From Spirochaetia bacterium (GTDB taxonomy: Bacteria; Spirochaetota; Leptospiria; Turneriellales; JAOUFE01): a stretch of 47,800 bases of DNA. Made by a program: the position numbers and the translations under genes. Shown piece by piece: positions 44,384 through 47,800 of this stretch (positions are counted from its first letter, which is position 1; each line of letters begins with the position of its first letter). Below the pieces are notes generated by a model, which made no database searches, was not told the origin of the DNA, and saw only the letters and a list, made by a program, of their open reading frames with translations. The stretch spans positions 1-47,800 of the forward strand of contig JAOUFE010000001.1 in the NCBI GenBank assembly GCA_029858425.1, read 5' to 3'.

Positions 44384-45607
44384 ATGCAACTATCAAACCG
44401 TTTAAATGCCATTGAAGCAAGTCCGACCCTGGGGCTGACCGCTCTGGCCAATAAATTAAAATCTGAAGGAAAGGATGTTGTGGGTTTTGGCGCAGGGGAG
44501 CCTGATTTTGATACGCCGGATTACATTAAAGAAGCAACCATTGCTGCATTAAAAGAAGGCAAAACAAAATATACGCCTGTTCTGGGTGTCGAAGCCCTTC
44601 GCAAGGCTGTCACAGAATTCATCAAGCGCGACATTCTCCTGGATTATAACGCCGCCGATGTGGTGATATGCTCCGGCGGAAAACAGGTTTTGTATAATAT
44701 TTTTATGTCGATTGTAAACCCCGGTGATGAGGTGATTATTCCAGGGCCATATTGGGTGAGCTATAAAGACATGGTAATGCTTTCTGAAGGGAAACCGGTT
44801 ATTGTAAATACCAGCTTTGAAAGCGGCTTCAAAATGACAACTGATCAATTGCAAAGCGCCATAACCGCCAAGACACGAGCAGTAATAATCAATTCACCGT
44901 CAAATCCAACAGGAGTTGTTTATTCCAGAGATGAGTTGAAGTCCTTTGCCAATATTCTGGAAAAATATCCGGACATATGGATCATTACAGACGATATCTA
45001 TGCCAAATTAATTTATGATGACAACGAATTTTTTAACCTTGCCATGCTTGGCGAAAAACTTCGTGATCGAGTCATTATTGCTGACAGTTTTTCAAAAGCC
45101 TTTTCCATGACTGGATGGAGACTGGGCTATGCCGTAACAAAAAATCCAGGTCTTGTCGCTGCGCTTGAAAAGATTCAGGGACAAAGCACTTCCAATGCCA
45201 CGAGTTTTGTGCAGTATGGCGCTATTGCGGCTCTAAAAGGAGATTTATCGTTTGTAGATAAAATGCGTGATGCGTTTCAAGAACGACGTGATTTTATTGT
45301 AAAAACCCTTTCCATGATGCCGGGTATAAAGGTACATAATCCTGGCGGGGCTTTTTATGTTTTCCCGGATATCAGCGGTCTGGTTCAGAAGCCCCGCTTT
45401 ATCTCCTTGATGGAAAAATACAAGGAAAAAACCAGCTACAGCAAGGCATTTAGCAGCGCTCTTCTGGGGGAAAAACTGGTGGCAATGGTTCCGGGCATCG
45501 CTTTTGGCTATGATATGGGAATGCGTATCAGTTATGCTATATCCATGGAACAAATTAAAAAAGGCATGGAACGTGTCGCAGAATTTGTAGATATATGCCA
45601 AGGATAA
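44384..45607 (+). CDS. Aspartate/aromatic aminotransferase, PLP-dependent class I
   Basis: GAGEPDFDTP, NSPSNPTG and SFSKAFSMTGWRLGY (PLP lysine). I prefer the ATG at 44384 (MQLSNRLNAIEASPT) to the track start at 44300. Confidence 0.9.
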   Translation: MQLSNRLNAIEASPTLGLTALANKLKSEGKDVVGFGAGEPDFDTPDYIKEATIAALKEGKTKYTPVLGVEALRKAVTEFIKRDILLDYNAADVVICSGGKQVLYNIFMSIVNPGDEVIIPGPYWVSYKDMVMLSEGKPVIVNTSFESGFKMTTDQLQSAITAKTRAVIINSPSNPTGVVYSRDELKSFANILEKYPDIWIITDDIYAKLIYDDNEFFNLAMLGEKLRDRVIIADSFSKAFSMTGWRLGYAVTKNPGLVAALEKIQGQSTSNATSFVQYGAIAALKGDLSFVDKMRDAFQERRDFIVKTLSMMPGIKVHNPGGAFYVFPDISGLVQKPRFISLMEKYKEKTSYSKAFSSALLGEKLVAMVPGIAFGYDMGMRISYAISMEQIKKGMERVAEFVDICQG

Positions 45608-45655
45608 ATATTTGTTGATATCGTATACCTGTTTTGGATACAGGAATGGATAATT

Positions 45656-47800
45656 ATGCTTAATCCAGAATTTCTAATGCGCCCTTTTTTTCTAAAACGC
45701 AATGTTTGCGTCATTTCTACCTTATTATGTATCATAACCTTTTCGAATTGCGCCTCTACAAGGAAAATAACCCGTAATTCTTCTTTTGACTACCAGAATA
45801 TTTACAAAAAGCAATATGAAGAGGGAAACGGAGGTCTAATACGATTAACCTTGAATAAAGGCGAAACATATAGCGGATCCATAACCCCCGATGGCAAATA
45901 TTTAATTTACACAAGCAACCAGAAGGGCAATTTTGATATATACATCCGCCCCCTGTCTGGCATAACCAACATCCCGATACTTCGAAGCGCAACGAATGAG
46001 ACCGATCCGGTTGTTAGCCCAAACGGTAAGCTTATTGCGTTTATTGACGATGAATTGGATCCGGGTGGAGACCTGACTATTTTAAAATTTGACCCCGCCC
46101 GGATTTTCAAAGAATATCAGGCAGCCGGGCAGCCTGCCGTAGATGCGTTATATCTTAATCAAAAAGTATATTTAACCAATGATCCCCATAATATTTCCCG
46201 TTTCCGGGATTCCAACCCGGCATGGTCGCCCGACAGCAAATGGCTTGCCTATTCCACAGACAAGCCATTGTCAAATGGTTCCGGAGAAAGTTTTGGTTCT
46301 ATCCAGAATGTCTGGATGCTTTCCGTAAAGAATCCAGGGAAAGCCATACCGGTGACAACCGACGGCGGGCTTATGCCGTGTTTTTCCCCAGATGGAAAAA
46401 AAATATTGTATGCAAACGACAGCGATAAAAAAGGGACATTTCATATTTTTGAAATCGACATAACTTCTGGTAAAAAAAATCAACTGACTTACGAAAATAC
46501 CATTGATATTTACCCGAATTACAGCAATGATGGAAAAAAAATTGTCTTTACCAGAATTTCAACAGATACCAATGATGATGGCACAGTCGATTTTAAAGAC
46601 AATGGGCAGGTGATGATACAACCGCTTGCTCAAAATGACGCAAGAAATTCATCGGCCATAGAAATGACATTTAAGAATCAAAATGTATTTAATACAAAAG
46701 TTACGCAGTTTCTAAACGGATCTATTTTATTTGCCATTAAAGAAGGAGACAATATTAATCTTGCATTAATACCCGAAGAAGGAATATTCCCGAGAAAAAA
46801 TTCTGCAACAGATCAACTTCAATATGCAAAAGATATGCCTGAGAAATCCGGTCTCAAGTCAAACCGTGAAATGGCCATGAGACTCCTGGATTTTAGAAAT
46901 CAAACAGACCCAATAAATAAATTTGTCGCTAACCTGAAAGATTTTGTTTTATTAGATAATGAAGGAAGCGGCAATACTTCGGCAAAAGAAAGGATCTTGC
47001 AGACGATCAGACAAAAAATCAGCGACAATGTGCCATTTGAAAAAATATTGCTTGATGTTTACTACAAAAGAAATCCAGGTGAGTTACCGGACAACTATTC
47101 CTTTCAGTTTTCAGGAGGCAGTTTAAAGAACTATCTGAACGAAATATTTAAAAATCCAGCAAGAGCATCACAGTCTCGACTTAATGGAGAAGAGAAAAAT
47201 ATTTCCTCCCTCGATACGTTGCCCTTGTACGATCAAACTACCCTTGGCTATCTTTTTGAAACTTACGGAAACATACTAAAGAAACAGGGCGCCCTGAGTT
47301 TGTCCCGGGAAGTATTCCAAAGTATTTTGTACAATTTTCCAGGATATTACAATAGCGCGCTGATTGTCCTGGAACAGGGAAAAGTCTCCAATCAGGAGTC
47401 CGAAATTCCGGAAGAGTATTTATATTTGCTTGAACCCAAAAAAAACCCGCTTACGGTTCATAACTATGTACCGTCCGAAAATATTTCAAATTCGGACTCC
47501 TCACCTGAACCAAAAAGCCGATCTCTGGATATTAAAATAAACCCGGAAATTACGGCAAAAGCGGAAAACGAAATATTTGTTTTTTTCAAGAAAGTATACA
47601 AAAACAATGATGAGCAGATCATTCAATCCATGGAAGAAAAATACAGCGAATCCAGTTTTCCTTTTCTTGCAAATTTACGTCTCCTTGCAAAAGCTGAATA
47701 CCTCAATGATACTCAAAAATATTCATTATCGTCCGGAGTAATGCAGAAAATAAATGCAAATTCGCTTCAGGATGAATGGATGTTTCGATTATTCACCAAC
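45656..47800 (+). CDS. TolB-like PD40 beta-propeller lipoprotein with a long C-terminal extension (3' end lies outside the window)
   Basis: The frame is open from ATG 45656 (alternative ATG 45677, MRPFFLKRN...) to the window end, exactly 715 codons. It is absent from the track because it has no stop. A signal peptide ends ...LLCIITFSNC (possible lipobox Cys32). PD40-type repeats include SPDGKYLIYTSNQKGNFDIY, SPNGKLIAFID, WSPDSKWLAYS, FSPDGKKILYA and SNDGKKIVFT. Confidence 0.75.
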   Translation, partial: MLNPEFLMRPFFLKRNVCVISTLLCIITFSNCASTRKITRNSSFDYQNIYKKQYEEGNGGLIRLTLNKGETYSGSITPDGKYLIYTSNQKGNFDIYIRPLSGITNIPILRSATNETDPVVSPNGKLIAFIDDELDPGGDLTILKFDPARIFKEYQAAGQPAVDALYLNQKVYLTNDPHNISRFRDSNPAWSPDSKWLAYSTDKPLSNGSGESFGSIQNVWMLSVKNPGKAIPVTTDGGLMPCFSPDGKKILYANDSDKKGTFHIFEIDITSGKKNQLTYENTIDIYPNYSNDGKKIVFTRISTDTNDDGTVDFKDNGQVMIQPLAQNDARNSSAIEMTFKNQNVFNTKVTQFLNGSILFAIKEGDNINLALIPEEGIFPRKNSATDQLQYAKDMPEKSGLKSNREMAMRLLDFRNQTDPINKFVANLKDFVLLDNEGSGNTSAKERILQTIRQKISDNVPFEKILLDVYYKRNPGELPDNYSFQFSGGSLKNYLNEIFKNPARASQSRLNGEEKNISSLDTLPLYDQTTLGYLFETYGNILKKQGALSLSREVFQSILYNFPGYYNSALIVLEQGKVSNQESEIPEEYLYLLEPKKNPLTVHNYVPSENISNSDSSPEPKSRSLDIKINPEITAKAENEIFVFFKKVYKNNDEQIIQSMEEKYSESSFPFLANLRLLAKAEYLNDTQKYSLSSGVMQKINANSLQDEWMFRLFTN

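Noticed and set aside
45620-45650. Small hairpin (ATACCTGT-TTTGGAT-ACAGGAAT) after the aminotransferase gene as a terminator
   Set aside because: The stem is only 7 of 8 bp, there is no following T-tract, and it sits 6 nt before the next ATG. This is too weak to call.

Overview
AT-rich bacterial chromosomal segment, probably from a diderm: it has a long-form YidC, a TolB-like PD40 lipoprotein and YbgF/BamD-like TPR proteins. The taxon cannot be assigned from the sequence alone. I support 38 protein-coding genes. Most are housekeeping: mfd, trmL, metG, murG, gpmA, mnmE-jag-yidC, dnaA, ispH, hslVU, xerC, topA, a sigma-70 factor, uppP and an aspartate aminotransferase. Interspersed are signalling genes: two 7TMR-DISM receptors (one with a class III cyclase output, one with a PP2C output), a STAS protein, a CXXCH membrane sensor and a CMD-Rieske fusion. 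I found no rRNA, tRNA, CRISPR array, transposase or obvious defence island. Five things stand out.

1. A dispersed, nested palindromic MITE/Correia-like intergenic element has at least five full, partial or composite copies. One copy is flanked by a perfect 17-bp direct repeat. Another carries a second small TIR-bounded element inside its central hairpin.
2. topA is split into two ORFs by a 1-nt frameshift in an A6/T6 homopolymer.
3. The dnaA neighbourhood is atypical. yidC-jag-mnmE lie directly downstream on the same strand, there is no dnaN and no rpmH/rnpA, and I saw no DnaA-box cluster.
4. A perfect 39-bp x3 in-frame tandem repeat sits at the window edge.
5. A membrane protein with a periplasmic CXXCH motif is co-transcribed with the sigma factor.

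All functional calls come from motifs read in the supplied translations. No database search was run.
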